A DNA stretch of 64,000 bases from Alphaproteobacteria bacterium (GTDB lineage Bacteria; Pseudomonadota; Alphaproteobacteria; G965222575), in NCBI GenBank assembly GCA_965222575.1, contig OZ244958.1:768001-832000 (forward strand), read 5' to 3'. The notes beneath the pieces are model-generated. The model searched no databases. It saw only the letters and a program-made list of their open reading frames with translations, and was not told where the DNA came from. The position numbers and the translations under genes are program-made. Positions 51,308 through 60,698 of this stretch are shown here, piece after piece. How positions within the stretch are numbered: the first letter of the stretch is position 1; the number at the start of each line of letters is the position of its first letter.

Positions 51308-51320
51308 GAGACTTTTCTTC

Positions 51321-51396
51321 TGGTGGAGCCAGGCGGAATCGAACCGCCGACCTCTTGAATGCCATTCAAGCGCTCTACCAACTGAGCTATGACCCC
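51321..51396 (-). tRNA. tRNA-Ala(GGC)
   Basis: Reverse complement GGGGTCATAGCTCAGTTGGTAGAGCGCTTGAATGGCATTCAAGAGGTCGGCGGTTCGATTCCGCCTGGCTCCACCA, with G3:U70 and CCA. Confidence 0.96.
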
Positions 51397-51457
51397 TTGA
51401 ACTGAGTTTTTCTAGTATACCGGGTGTCTGTGAGAAACAACAAGGGATTCTCAATTG

Positions 51458-51985
51458 TTAGGTTTTCAGCCAATACCGGAGGCCTGTCCATACGGAGAGA
51501 AAACTCGCAAGCCACAAAAGGGCTAGTCCTACAAGTCTAGCGGGGAAAAACGAGAGTGCTGTATCGAGAAAGAGGAACGATAAAGAAATCATCTGAAGGG
51601 CGGTTTTCCATTTCGGTAAAAATGTTGGCGTGAGATTGCTTTTTGCACTGAATTGTTCCCGCAAGCCAGAGATGAAAAACTCACGGCAAATAATAATAAA
51701 GACTGGGGTCAAATGCCAACCGGTGAGAATATCATGATCTGTTAAAAATAATAGACAACTAATGACCACTATTTTATCTGCTACAGGGTCTAGGAGTTGC
51801 CCTAATTTTGAGACTGTGTTGTATTCTCTTGCGATACGGCCGTCTGCATAGTCTGTGAGAGAGGCTGAGATAAACAGGAAGAAGGCTAGCCAATGCGCCC
51901 ATATCTGTGGGAGGTATAACACAAGGCCTATGAGTGGGACGAGGGCGACTCTTAATAGAGTGAGCAGGTTTGGTAAGAATTTCAT
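51458..51985 (-). CDS. pgsA: CDP-diacylglycerol--glycerol-3-phosphate 3-phosphatidyltransferase
   Basis: LPNLLTLLR, TDYADGRIAR...S.LG.LLDPVADK, REF.ISGLRE and KWKTALQM. Downstream of uvrC. Confidence 0.93.
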   Translation of the reverse strand: MKFLPNLLTLLRVALVPLIGLVLYLPQIWAHWLAFFLFISASLTDYADGRIAREYNTVSKLGQLLDPVADKIVVISCLLFLTDHDILTGWHLTPVFIIICREFFISGLREQFSAKSNLTPTFLPKWKTALQMISLSFLFLDTALSFFPARLVGLALLWLASFLSVWTGLRYWLKT

Positions 51986-53781
51986 GGGGCTATTTTAGGG
52001 AGGGGTTTCAGATAGTGATAGAGGGTGGTTGCTGTTTTTTTGCTCAGTCCCGGGGTTGTGGCGATATGCTCAATACCGGCGGAGAGAATATTGCTGGGTG
52101 TGCCGAATCGTAGAAGCAGGGCTTGCTTTCGTTTCTTTCCTATGCCCGGAATAGTATCTAGGAGTGAAGTTGTGTATCCTTTTGTGCGTCTGTGGCTGTG
52201 GCGTGCGAGGGCATAGCGGTGAGCTTCATCGCGCAGGCGTTGTAAAAGATAAAATGCTTCTTTCGGTAAGGAAATAGGGTTTTTTTTAGGCAAGTGCCAT
52301 ATTTTATCGTCTTCTGATTGTCTAGGCAGGCCTTTTCCTATGGCTAGCACGCACACTTTGTCTAATCCCATGGAATGAAGTGCCTGATAGGCAAGATGAC
52401 CGTGTGCTCTCCCTCCATCTATGAGGACGATATCAGGGAGGGGGGAGGAGGAGGGTTTTTTGAACCGCCGTTTCAAAACATCTCTCATCATTGCATAATC
52501 ATCCTTTCCACAGGAGAGGTGAAATTGACGGTATGCGGAGGGACAAGTCCCTTCTTCTGTGGCGACTATCATACTGCCTGTGGCGTATGTCCCTGCTATA
52601 TGGCTGTTATCGTACACTTCTATCCTGAGTGAAGGGGACTTGATGCCTAGAAAAGACTTGAGTTCTGCTGTGCACTCTTTTGTAGAAGTTGCTTGTAACA
52701 ACCTAGTTTTTGCGTATTTTACGGCTTGTTGTTGACATCTGTAGGGCTTTCCTCGTTGTGCTGTTTTAATGGAGACATTTTTTTGGTACTGCAGGGATAA
52801 AGCTTTGGCATAGGAGGCGGTATTTTTAAGAGGTAGGCTTATATAGATTTCATGAGGAATAGGGTGTGATTGATACCATTGGAACAAGAAAGCTTTTCCT
52901 ATGGCTTCGGGTGTATCTTCTAGGCTGTGTCGTGAGCGCCCTGTACAATTGCCTAAGTATTGTCCGCCTCGAAAAATCAGCACTTCTGAGGTTGTACACC
53001 CTTCCTTAGTATAGAGACCTATCACATCTACATCGGTGTCTTTTCCTATTCCTAGGGTGCTTTCTATTTGGATTTTGCTTAAGGCTCTTAGGCGATTTCT
53101 GAGAAGAGCGGCATACTCGAAGAGTTGTTGTTCGGCAGCGTTTTCCATGTTGTCTTGATAGCGTGATAAGAGGGTTTTGAGCCCTTTTCCTCCGCGTAGG
53201 AACAGGGTGACATCCTTAACGAGATGGTCATAATCTGTTTTAGGAATCAAGCCTACACAAGGAGCGCTACACTGCCCTAGTTGATGCAATAAACAAGGAC
53301 GTGAGCGGTTGGCGAACTCTCTATCAGTACAAGACCTTAAAGGAAAGGCTTTTTGCAAGCTTTTCAGGGTTTGTTTGACGGTTTTTGAAGAACTAAAGGG
53401 GCCAAAATAGAGGGTTTTTTTGTCTTTTTTCCGCCCGCGGTATTTTTCTAAACGCGGCCATTTTCCCGGCACGAGGCGAATGTAAGGGTAGGATTTATCA
53501 TCCTTAAGCAAAATATTATGAGGTGGACGGTGTGTCTTGATGAGGTGGGCTTCTAGTAAGAGGGCTTCACTTTCAGAGTCAGTTTGAAGGGTTTCTACAC
53601 GCGAGACTCTCTTGAGCCAATTTGTCTGATGAGCAGATAGCGGCGCGCGCGTGTAAGATAACAGACGCTTATCCAGATAGCGGGCTTTTCCTATGTATAG
53701 GATTTTATTGGAGTTATCAAGCAGTTGGTACACGCCGCAGACGTGACCTGCTGTCTTTGCTGCTGCTTTGAGAACGGTCAT
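51982..53781 (-). CDS. uvrC: Excinuclease ABC subunit C
   Basis: GIY-YIG domain (GVY...YIGKA), NILLKDDKSYPY, Cys cluster, YDNSHI.G, DDYAMM, IDGG, RLRDEAHR and HhH IPGIG. Confidence 0.95.
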   Translation of the reverse strand: MTVLKAAAKTAGHVCGVYQLLDNSNKILYIGKARYLDKRLLSYTRAPLSAHQTNWLKRVSRVETLQTDSESEALLLEAHLIKTHRPPHNILLKDDKSYPYIRLVPGKWPRLEKYRGRKKDKKTLYFGPFSSSKTVKQTLKSLQKAFPLRSCTDREFANRSRPCLLHQLGQCSAPCVGLIPKTDYDHLVKDVTLFLRGGKGLKTLLSRYQDNMENAAEQQLFEYAALLRNRLRALSKIQIESTLGIGKDTDVDVIGLYTKEGCTTSEVLIFRGGQYLGNCTGRSRHSLEDTPEAIGKAFLFQWYQSHPIPHEIYISLPLKNTASYAKALSLQYQKNVSIKTAQRGKPYRCQQQAVKYAKTRLLQATSTKECTAELKSFLGIKSPSLRIEVYDNSHIAGTYATGSMIVATEEGTCPSAYRQFHLSCGKDDYAMMRDVLKRRFKKPSSSPLPDIVLIDGGRAHGHLAYQALHSMGLDKVCVLAIGKGLPRQSEDDKIWHLPKKNPISLPKEAFYLLQRLRDEAHRYALARHSHRRTKGYTTSLLDTIPGIGKKRKQALLLRFGTPSNILSAGIEHIATTPGLSKKTATTLYHYLKPLPKIAP

Positions 53782-54428
53782 GAGGAGAGAAGTCCTAGCT
53801 TATCTAAGGTTTTGCGTGCTAAATCCATGCTAATGGTTCTGTGATATGACAGAGAGAGGGTATCTAATTCTTGTACCACTTGCTTGATGGTTTTGAAGGA
53901 GCGCGGTAGGCGCGAAGAGAGATAGGATAGAACTGAAGGAGAAAGGACTAACTGACGGTCTGAGCAGTGCTTGACGAGAAGCTGTTTGAGTAAAGACGGT
54001 TCAGGCGGGTGTATGGCAATTGTGCGGGCTAGTTGTAGACGGGAGAGGGTATCGTTCTCTTTAACCTGCCATTGGGAAGGCGGACGTGAGGAGGTGAGCA
54101 AGACAAAATGCCCTGTTGTTAAGGCGTGATTTAAGAGTGGAAAGAGAAGGGCTTCGTCATTAAATTCTGAGTGTTTTTCTTCTGCTAGGATATAAGGGGT
54201 GGAAGGGAGGGGCTGTAGTGTTTCAAGGCACTGGGTTTTTTCCTGCCAAATTTTTCCGATGTGGGTTTTCCCAGAGCCTTCTTCTCCGTAGAGAATTAAC
54301 AGTCTTGTTGGCCAATCAGGCCATTTCTTGATAGTTTCAATAGCGGTTCTGTTACAGTTGCTGATGAGAAGGTCTGCAGCACATAAGGAGCCTGATAAAG
54401 GAAAAGGGAGAATGTCTTGCTTAGTCAT
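53778..54428 (-). CDS. hda: DnaA regulatory inactivator Hda/HdaA-like AAA+ protein
   Basis: SNCNR.A....WPDW, Walker A GEEGSGKTH, D.LSRL, YL.SRL.RS. Conserved position next to purM. Confidence 0.8.
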   Translation of the reverse strand: MTKQDILPFPLSGSLCAADLLISNCNRTAIETIKKWPDWPTRLLILYGEEGSGKTHIGKIWQEKTQCLETLQPLPSTPYILAEEKHSEFNDEALLFPLLNHALTTGHFVLLTSSRPPSQWQVKENDTLSRLQLARTIAIHPPEPSLLKQLLVKHCSDRQLVLSPSVLSYLSSRLPRSFKTIKQVVQELDTLSLSYHRTISMDLARKTLDKLGLLSS

Positions 54429-55449
54429 GACTTGCCTGAATTTTCCAAACAGAAGTTTTTTGAGGTGTGATGCCTATTTTTAAGGGAGCAAGGGCTTTTT
54501 CGTAAGAAGAGAGCGAGTGATAATGCTTCATACTGTATTGCACTTGGTGAGCGCTAGCGCTTTGGGGTAAGAGTTCTTCACTTAAAGATTGTAGGATTTT
54601 TTCCACCGCTACGAGATTTTTGAGGGAGGAAAACTGTACCGTTAGTGTTGTGTGTTGATAGGGCATAAAATGAGCATTTTGCTCTTTCCAAAGTCTAATG
54701 ATATGGTGGCTAATTTTTTGAAGTGCGGAGGTAAAGGGCGGTTCATGTTGAATAGGCAGTTCAAAGGAGTACAGATGGAAAATTTTTCCGGGGAACAGGG
54801 AAGCTTCTACTTGTAGGTGAGGCAGTCCTTTTTGTGTGATGGAACGGAAAGCCAAAATGAGAATGCCTTCACAGTCATAGGCTTGTTGTAACTTGATAAG
54901 AGCAGAGGGAATGCGGAGATAGGAAGATTTTATGCCTTTTTTTATGATGGGGAGCAGCGGTTGAATTTCGTTTGGTTTGGGGGACACGAAAGGAGGTTGC
55001 GGGGTGGGGAAGTGTTGGATTGGAAGCTTTTCATCCCCTATGGGAATCAATAAAAAAGAAGGCATAGGACGAGAAATAAAAGGCATTTCGTGGGAGGATA
55101 AAAAGGCTTCGGTGTCCTTTTTATCGAACAACACTTCAAAGACGCCCGTGTAAACAGAAGGCGTATGTGTTTCTTTTATCACGCGAATGCCTCTTAGGAG
55201 TTGTTGCTCCTGTGGCACAGAAGCAATACGATAATGGGCAGAAGGAGGAGTGAGGTGAAACAGAAGGTTCTTAAATCCTTGTCGAAAGGCGGTATAGAAA
55301 ATATCATGCCTGTTAAGGGAGGATTTTTTAGCAATTTCTATGTGAGTTGTAATGGGCAGTAACTCTGCACAAACCAACGGTGGGAATGAAAAAAGAAGAA
55401 GAAGAAAAAGGGGGAAAAAGAATTTTGTTCCCTTCATGAGGTGAGGCAT
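54421..55449 (-). CDS. Hypothetical exported protein (DUF2066-like by position and size)
   Basis: N-terminal signal-like hydrophobic stretch. Lies between hda and the divergent purM, as in many alphaproteobacteria. Confidence 0.55.
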   Translation of the reverse strand: MPHLMKGTKFFFPLFLLLLFSFPPLVCAELLPITTHIEIAKKSSLNRHDIFYTAFRQGFKNLLFHLTPPSAHYRIASVPQEQQLLRGIRVIKETHTPSVYTGVFEVLFDKKDTEAFLSSHEMPFISRPMPSFLLIPIGDEKLPIQHFPTPQPPFVSPKPNEIQPLLPIIKKGIKSSYLRIPSALIKLQQAYDCEGILILAFRSITQKGLPHLQVEASLFPGKIFHLYSFELPIQHEPPFTSALQKISHHIIRLWKEQNAHFMPYQHTTLTVQFSSLKNLVAVEKILQSLSEELLPQSASAHQVQYSMKHYHSLSSYEKALAPLKIGITPQKTSVWKIQASHD

Positions 55450-55493
55450 ACTGTTGAGAAGGTTACTTGGTGTAAACTATTGTACAACAAGAT

Positions 55494-56546
55494 ATGAGAA
55501 AAAAGAATGGAAAAAATGACGCCGCCGCATTGTACGAGAAGGCGGGAGTTTGTCTTAAACGAGGCGAAAAGATAGTGGAGGTTATTACAGCACTTGTTGC
55601 ACAACACAGCGGCGTAAAGGAGGATTTTCGGGGATTTGGAGGCTTATATGAGTTAAAAGGGTTCGCAAACCCTCTTCTTGTGTCTTCAACGGACGGTATT
55701 GGCACAAAAGCCCTGTGGTGTGCGCAGTATCAAAAGGATACTGAAGCCGGCATAGACTTAGTGGCTATGTGTGTCAATGATATTTTGGCCATGGGAGCTA
55801 AGCCTCTGTTTTTTTTAGACTATTTTGCGACTCATACTCTACAGGTAGAACAGGCCAAACGGCTGATAAACGGTGTCCTTGAGGGGTGTCGGGAGGCAGG
55901 GTGTGTTTTGTTAGGAGGAGAAACGGCTGAAATGCCGTCCTTGTCTCGGGAGTCCTATGAATTAGTAGGGTTTGCTGTTGGGGCTATGGAGAAGGGGGAG
56001 CAACTGCCCTTTGGTATTAAGGAAGGAGACCATTTAATTGGTCTTCCTTCTTCGGGATTGCATGCCAACGGGTTTTCTTTGGTGCGCAAGATTTTTGAAG
56101 AGCACAACATTGGTCTTGGAGACCCTTGGCAAGAGAAGGGTCTCTCTCTTTATGAGTGTGTTTTAGCTCCTACAAAGATTTATGTAAAAGAGCTTCTTCC
56201 TTTGATAAGCAAGCGTCTGATTAAGGGACTGATTCATGTGACAGGAGGGGGATTTCAGGGCAATATTCCGCGTGTTTTACCGCCGCACTTAGGGGTAGAG
56301 ATTCTGCTTAACGCATGGGAGAGACCGCCTTTGTTTCAGTGGTTAGGACGCTTAGGGCACCTCTCAGTTGAAGAGCTGTGCCGAGTTTTTAACGCCGGTA
56401 TTGGCATGATAGCTGTGGTAGACCAAAAGAAGACGCCGCAAATCCTTATGACGCTTAAGCAGTCTGTCCTTTTAGGGCGTGTTGTACAACAAAAATCCTC
56501 CTCTCCTAGAGTCCAATTTCTTTCATGTACCAAGTTGCCATTTTAA
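55494..56546 (+). CDS. purM: Phosphoribosylformylglycinamidine cyclo-ligase
   Basis: GFGGL, STDGIGTK, IDLVAMCVND, PLFFLDY, GGETAEMP, SSGLHANGFSL, HVTGGG. Confidence 0.96.
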   Translation: MRKKNGKNDAAALYEKAGVCLKRGEKIVEVITALVAQHSGVKEDFRGFGGLYELKGFANPLLVSSTDGIGTKALWCAQYQKDTEAGIDLVAMCVNDILAMGAKPLFFLDYFATHTLQVEQAKRLINGVLEGCREAGCVLLGGETAEMPSLSRESYELVGFAVGAMEKGEQLPFGIKEGDHLIGLPSSGLHANGFSLVRKIFEEHNIGLGDPWQEKGLSLYECVLAPTKIYVKELLPLISKRLIKGLIHVTGGGFQGNIPRVLPPHLGVEILLNAWERPPLFQWLGRLGHLSVEELCRVFNAGIGMIAVVDQKKTPQILMTLKQSVLLGRVVQQKSSSPRVQFLSCTKLPF

Positions 56547-57151
56547 TCTCAGGGAAAGGCACGAACCTGCAATCTTTACACCGCTATACGGTTGCCCCGA
56601 AAGCCGCTGCCTGTATTGCTGTGGTGATTTCTAATCGTCAGGACGCTAAAGGACTACAATATGCTAAGCAGCACAACATTCCTAACATAACCATACCAGA
56701 TGATACGGAAGAAAAAAGAGAAGATGCCCTGTTAAAAGCCCTCTCACAATACAATGTTGCCTGTCTTTGTCTTGCAGGATTTATGAGAATCTTAAGCCCC
56801 CATTTCTTGCGGACTTGCCCAATCCCAATTTTGAATATTCATCCTTCTCTCTTGCCCTCCTTTAAGGGTCTGAACCCTCACAGCCAAGCCCTTAACACGG
56901 GGGTGAGCATAGCAGGGTGTACCATTCACCTTGTCTCTGAAGAAGTAGATGGAGGGCCTATTATTGCTCAGGCTGCTACTTTGGTGAAACCTTGTGATAC
57001 AGCTTTGTGCCTGCAAAAGAGGATTTTGTCCCTAGAGCATGTGTTATATCCTAAACTCCTACATGCTCTTGCTACTGGGGCTTGCCTGCTTAGCAAACAC
57101 AAACACTCTTGGAGGCAAGGGGAGTGTTGCTCTTTTTTGAAGGAGACTTAA
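56525..57151 (+). CDS. purN: Phosphoribosylglycinamide formyltransferase
   Basis: ILISGKGTNLQ, LAGFMRIL, NIHPSLLP.F.G, GCTIH.V..EVDGGPII.Q, EH.LYP. Confidence 0.95.
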   Translation: MYQVAILISGKGTNLQSLHRYTVAPKAAACIAVVISNRQDAKGLQYAKQHNIPNITIPDDTEEKREDALLKALSQYNVACLCLAGFMRILSPHFLRTCPIPILNIHPSLLPSFKGLNPHSQALNTGVSIAGCTIHLVSEEVDGGPIIAQAATLVKPCDTALCLQKRILSLEHVLYPKLLHALATGACLLSKHKHSWRQGECCSFLKET

Positions 57152-57214
57152 CCCCGTTTATCTTATAGGCAAAGGTCATCACTCTGCTGAGTGGGGTGAT
57201 GGGGGTGCCCTTTA

Positions 57215-57907
57215 TTATTGTGTAGGGCTAGAGGATTGTTCCGCTTCAAGGGAGACTTGCGTGTAGCGGTAGACGGTTTTTTCTATGATGGAGGCTTTGG
57301 ATGGTAGGGTCTCTTCACTGCCGATGAGGAGGGTATAGTGAATTTTGGCTGACTTTTGTTTGTTGAGGTTATGACAGAGGGTTTTGGTTTTTTCTCTACT
57401 TTTCAGGTCTGATGTGCTAGGCTGGATGATGAAGCCGGAGCAGGGGCAAGGTAAGAGAAAGGGCAGGTCTTCTTGTACGGAAAAGGGAGCAACGCAGATG
57501 AATCTTTTGATTTCAGGGCGCCGCATTAGAAGCTGTAGTGCTAAAATTGAGCCGAAGAAGAAGCCTCCTACCCACACTTCGCCCTTATGAGTTGATTTTA
57601 ACCAGTCTAAGGCAAAGGTTGCGTCTGTGAGTTCGCGTGTACCGGGTTGCAGATGAGGATTGACAGGATAATTGTATTGAAGAATAAAGGTACTAAACCC
57701 AGCTGCCCGCAATCCATTACTGATGGCTAACTCTATGCGTTGTGTTTGAAAGAGTATCTCTAAAAAAGAAGGTGTGGGAACTGGTTTTTTGTCATAGTAT
57801 TTATGAGCAGGAAACAGAAGTGCGATGGGTGCATCTGGTTTTTTCTTGTTGGCGTAATAGTGTGCGTGCAACTGGTGGTTGGTACCGTTAATAATAATAC
57901 TGGACAT
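57215..57907 (-). CDS. Alpha/beta-hydrolase-fold protein, apparently catalytically degenerate
   Basis: ELTDA..ALDWL, LQLLMRRPEI..FI.VAP and FL.PCP.SG match the family usually divergent from isc/suf genes. The nucleophile elbow reads GFFFG instead of GFSFG. Confidence 0.75.
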   Translation of the reverse strand: MSSIIINGTNHQLHAHYYANKKKPDAPIALLFPAHKYYDKKPVPTPSFLEILFQTQRIELAISNGLRAAGFSTFILQYNYPVNPHLQPGTRELTDATFALDWLKSTHKGEVWVGGFFFGSILALQLLMRRPEIKRFICVAPFSVQEDLPFLLPCPCSGFIIQPSTSDLKSREKTKTLCHNLNKQKSAKIHYTLLIGSEETLPSKASIIEKTVYRYTQVSLEAEQSSSPTQ

Positions 57908-58031
57908 AAGCCTTTAGAAAGCCGACTGATTTTGGTAAAAAAGAAAGACAGGTAGAAGATTGAAGTTATTATATCAACTATGCCATTGGAAAAGCAAGAA
58001 AAATTTATATTAATTAAGAATTTTTTTATCA

Positions 58032-59144
58032 ATGCTGTATTTTGACTACAATAGTAATAGTCCTTTAACTGCTGTAGCGCGCAAGCGTGCGTTGGAAGTG
58101 TTGGAGGTATTTGGGAATCCCTCTTCTGTTCACAGAGCGGGGAGGCGGTGTCGTAAGATACTGGAAGAGGCGCGCGAACAGGTAGCGGGTGCGTTGTCTG
58201 CTAGTACTGAGGAGGTAATTTTTACCTCTGGGGGGACGGAGGCGAATCATCGGGCTTTATCTGCTTTATCTGTGCGTAAACATGCGCTTGTTTCTGGGGC
58301 GGAGCATCCTTCGATTTTGGAAGCGGTGGGATTTTTTTTTGACCATGTCCATGAGGTACCGCTTGATTCTTCTGGACGAGTCCAGTTATTGGCACTTCAA
58401 CAACTCTTGGAGAAATTTGGCAAGGAGGCTACTGTTATTGTACAGTTAGCATCCCATGAAACGGGTGTGATACAGCCTTTAGAAGCCATTGTAAGGCTCT
58501 GTTGTGCCAGGGAGGCTTTGTTGCATTGTGACGCCATGCAGGGAGTGGGAAAATATTCTGTATCTTTTCGCTCTCTTGGGGTGACCACTCTGAGTGTTGC
58601 TGCCCATAAAATAGGAGGGCTTGCGGGAGCAGGGGCCCTGTTAGTCAAAAAAAATAGCAATCTCTCCTTCCCTCTTTTAGGCGGAGGACAGGAAGGGCGC
58701 AAACGACCGGGTACGCAAAATCTGGTAGGCATAGCTGCTTTTGGTGCTGCTATGGAACACTTAGGGGAACATCTCTCTTGTCTTCAAAAATTGAGACCTT
58801 ACAGAGAGGCTTTTGAGAAGGCTATCAAGGCATTTGCGCCTTCGAGTTGTATTTTTGGACAACAAGCCCCGCGCTTGCCCCATGTCTCTTGTTTATCCAT
58901 GCCCTCCGTTCCGAGTGACCTTCAAGTACAGCACATGGATTTGAAGAACATTGCTGTGAGTGCAGGGCCTGCTTGTAGCGGGGGAGAAGTGCCGCTCTCT
59001 TCTACGCTTATGGCCATGGGCGTGAGGGAAGAAGTTGCAAAGACCGCTTTGAGAATCAGTGCGGGACATCAAACACAACCAATAGATTGGAAACACCTAC
59101 AAGTTGCATGGCAGGATTTATACACTTTTTCTCGTGGGTTCTAA
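58032..59144 (+). CDS. Cysteine desulfurase (IscS/NifS family)
   Basis: YFDYN, GNPSSVH, IFTSGGTEAN, EHPS, HETGVIQP, HCDA.Q, AHKIGG (PLP Lys), R.GTQN and SAGPACS (catalytic Cys). Confidence 0.92.
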   Translation: MLYFDYNSNSPLTAVARKRALEVLEVFGNPSSVHRAGRRCRKILEEAREQVAGALSASTEEVIFTSGGTEANHRALSALSVRKHALVSGAEHPSILEAVGFFFDHVHEVPLDSSGRVQLLALQQLLEKFGKEATVIVQLASHETGVIQPLEAIVRLCCAREALLHCDAMQGVGKYSVSFRSLGVTTLSVAAHKIGGLAGAGALLVKKNSNLSFPLLGGGQEGRKRPGTQNLVGIAAFGAAMEHLGEHLSCLQKLRPYREAFEKAIKAFAPSSCIFGQQAPRLPHVSCLSMPSVPSDLQVQHMDLKNIAVSAGPACSGGEVPLSSTLMAMGVREEVAKTALRISAGHQTQPIDWKHLQVAWQDLYTFSRGF

Positions 59145-60082
59145 CGCAAAACAGCTGGTAGCTTAAACTGTAAGGTTTCGCGGGCGATTTCTAATTCTTC
59201 TACTGTTACGTGAAACTGTTCCTTAAGACTAGCAATGACTCTTTGGACCAGTGTTTCAGGTGCTGAGGCGGAGGCGGTTAAGCCTATTTTTTTGTTCTCT
59301 ACAATCTCTTTCCAGGGAATAGAGTTCTCGTCCTTCAATAAGGTAGCAGAGCAGCCCGTCGTGCGTGATACTTCCAACAAACGCAACGAATTAGACGAGG
59401 TCATATCCCCTAAAACCCATAGTTGGTGACAACGTTGCGCTAAGGCTTTCACGGCTTCTTGGCGATTCGTTGTGGCGTAGCAAATGCTTTGGCTATGGGG
59501 CGGTTTGATGGCAGGAAATTTTTTCTTCAACGCTGCGATAATATTTTCCGTTTCATTGACACTTAAGGTTGTTTGCGTCACATAAGACAAGGCGGTATCA
59601 GGTGGAAATGACAAGGCTTCAACATCCTTGCAAGTCTCTATTAAGACGACCTCTTTGGCTTTCACTTGTCCCATAGTCCCTTCTACCTCGGGATGAGAGC
59701 GGTGACCAATCAAAATTGTCCGGATGCCTTCAGAGGCATTTTTACACACTTGTAGGTGAATTTTTTGCACCAAAGGACAGGTTGCGTCTATAATGACAAA
59801 GCCTCTCTCTTTGGCTTCTTTCACAACAGCTTTCGACACGCCGTGGGCTGAAAAAATCACAGGAGAAGGCCCTAAGGGAATCTCTTGTAATTCCTCTACG
59901 AAAATCGCGCCCTTTTTCATTAGCTCTTTGCAGGCGTAGGCATTGTGGATAATAGGGTGACGCACATAAATAGGTGCCCCCCATTTCAAAAGGGCTTTTT
60001 CTACAATCAAAACAGCACGTTCAACGCCGGCACAAAAACTCCGCGGCGAGGCTAATAAAATTGTGAGCGGTTGTCTTGACAC
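59141..60082 (-). CDS. ispH: 4-hydroxy-3-methylbut-2-enyl diphosphate reductase
   Basis: PRSFCAGV.RA, FSAHGV, DATCPLV.KIH, HPEVEGT, QTTLS, ICYATTNRQ, SSNS. Likely GTG start at 60082 rather than 60187. Confidence 0.95.
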   Translation of the reverse strand: MSRQPLTILLASPRSFCAGVERAVLIVEKALLKWGAPIYVRHPIIHNAYACKELMKKGAIFVEELQEIPLGPSPVIFSAHGVSKAVVKEAKERGFVIIDATCPLVQKIHLQVCKNASEGIRTILIGHRSHPEVEGTMGQVKAKEVVLIETCKDVEALSFPPDTALSYVTQTTLSVNETENIIAALKKKFPAIKPPHSQSICYATTNRQEAVKALAQRCHQLWVLGDMTSSNSLRLLEVSRTTGCSATLLKDENSIPWKEIVENKKIGLTASASAPETLVQRVIASLKEQFHVTVEELEIARETLQFKLPAVLR

Positions 60083-60194
60083 AGGCGTGTTGAGCGAAGA
60101 TTGATAAAAAATTGAGCAATACCATAACAGGTCGGGTTGCCCTCCTCTCAAAATTAGAGTATCATAAGCGGTTACTACTTGCCACAATCCTCTT

Positions 60195-60698
60195 TTGATG
60201 ATGCCTTTTGTAAGCCTTCTTTTTGTTCTCTTCTTTGTAGCGTTTGCTCTTCCGGGATGTGTACAGCAAGAGGAAAACAGCCTAGTGACAGCTTATCGAC
60301 AACGTGTTTTTGTTGCCTCAGAAGCTTCTGAGCTTTTCTTCAAAACAGAACAAGGGGAGGAGCTGAAACTCACACTAGCTGTGGAAGAGGCGAAAAAAGC
60401 CTTCTATGACAAAAGTAGCAACCTGATGCGTTTGTCTGTTCCGGTGGTCATGACAGTGGAACGCATAGGGAGAAGTGACGGGGAACTCCAGGGTGTTATC
60501 CCAATTTTTTTCGTCATCAGACAGGATAAAGAACTACAAAAACCTTGGCTGGAAGAGATGTCCTTTACACTCTCAAAGACAAAAAATAGTGGACAGTTTG
60601 AACGGCTTTTTTCTTTCTCTTTTGAAAATGTTATACAAAAAGAAGACCTTTTACTTCACAACGTCATTGTTGGATTTGCATGGACTGATGAGCCATGA
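60195..60698 (+). CDS. Hypothetical lipoprotein
   Basis: Hydrophobic N-terminus ending in a lipobox-like FALPG|C. Divergent from ispH. The 3' end overlaps comM. Confidence 0.6.
   Translation: MMMPFVSLLFVLFFVAFALPGCVQQEENSLVTAYRQRVFVASEASELFFKTEQGEELKLTLAVEEAKKAFYDKSSNLMRLSVPVVMTVERIGRSDGELQGVIPIFFVIRQDKELQKPWLEEMSFTLSKTKNSGQFERLFSFSFENVIQKEDLLLHNVIVGFAWTDEP

Noticed and set aside
51044-51454. 136-aa and 71-aa minus-strand ORFs
   Set aside because: They overlap tRNA-Ala and the antisense of the giant gene's tail, so they are spurious.
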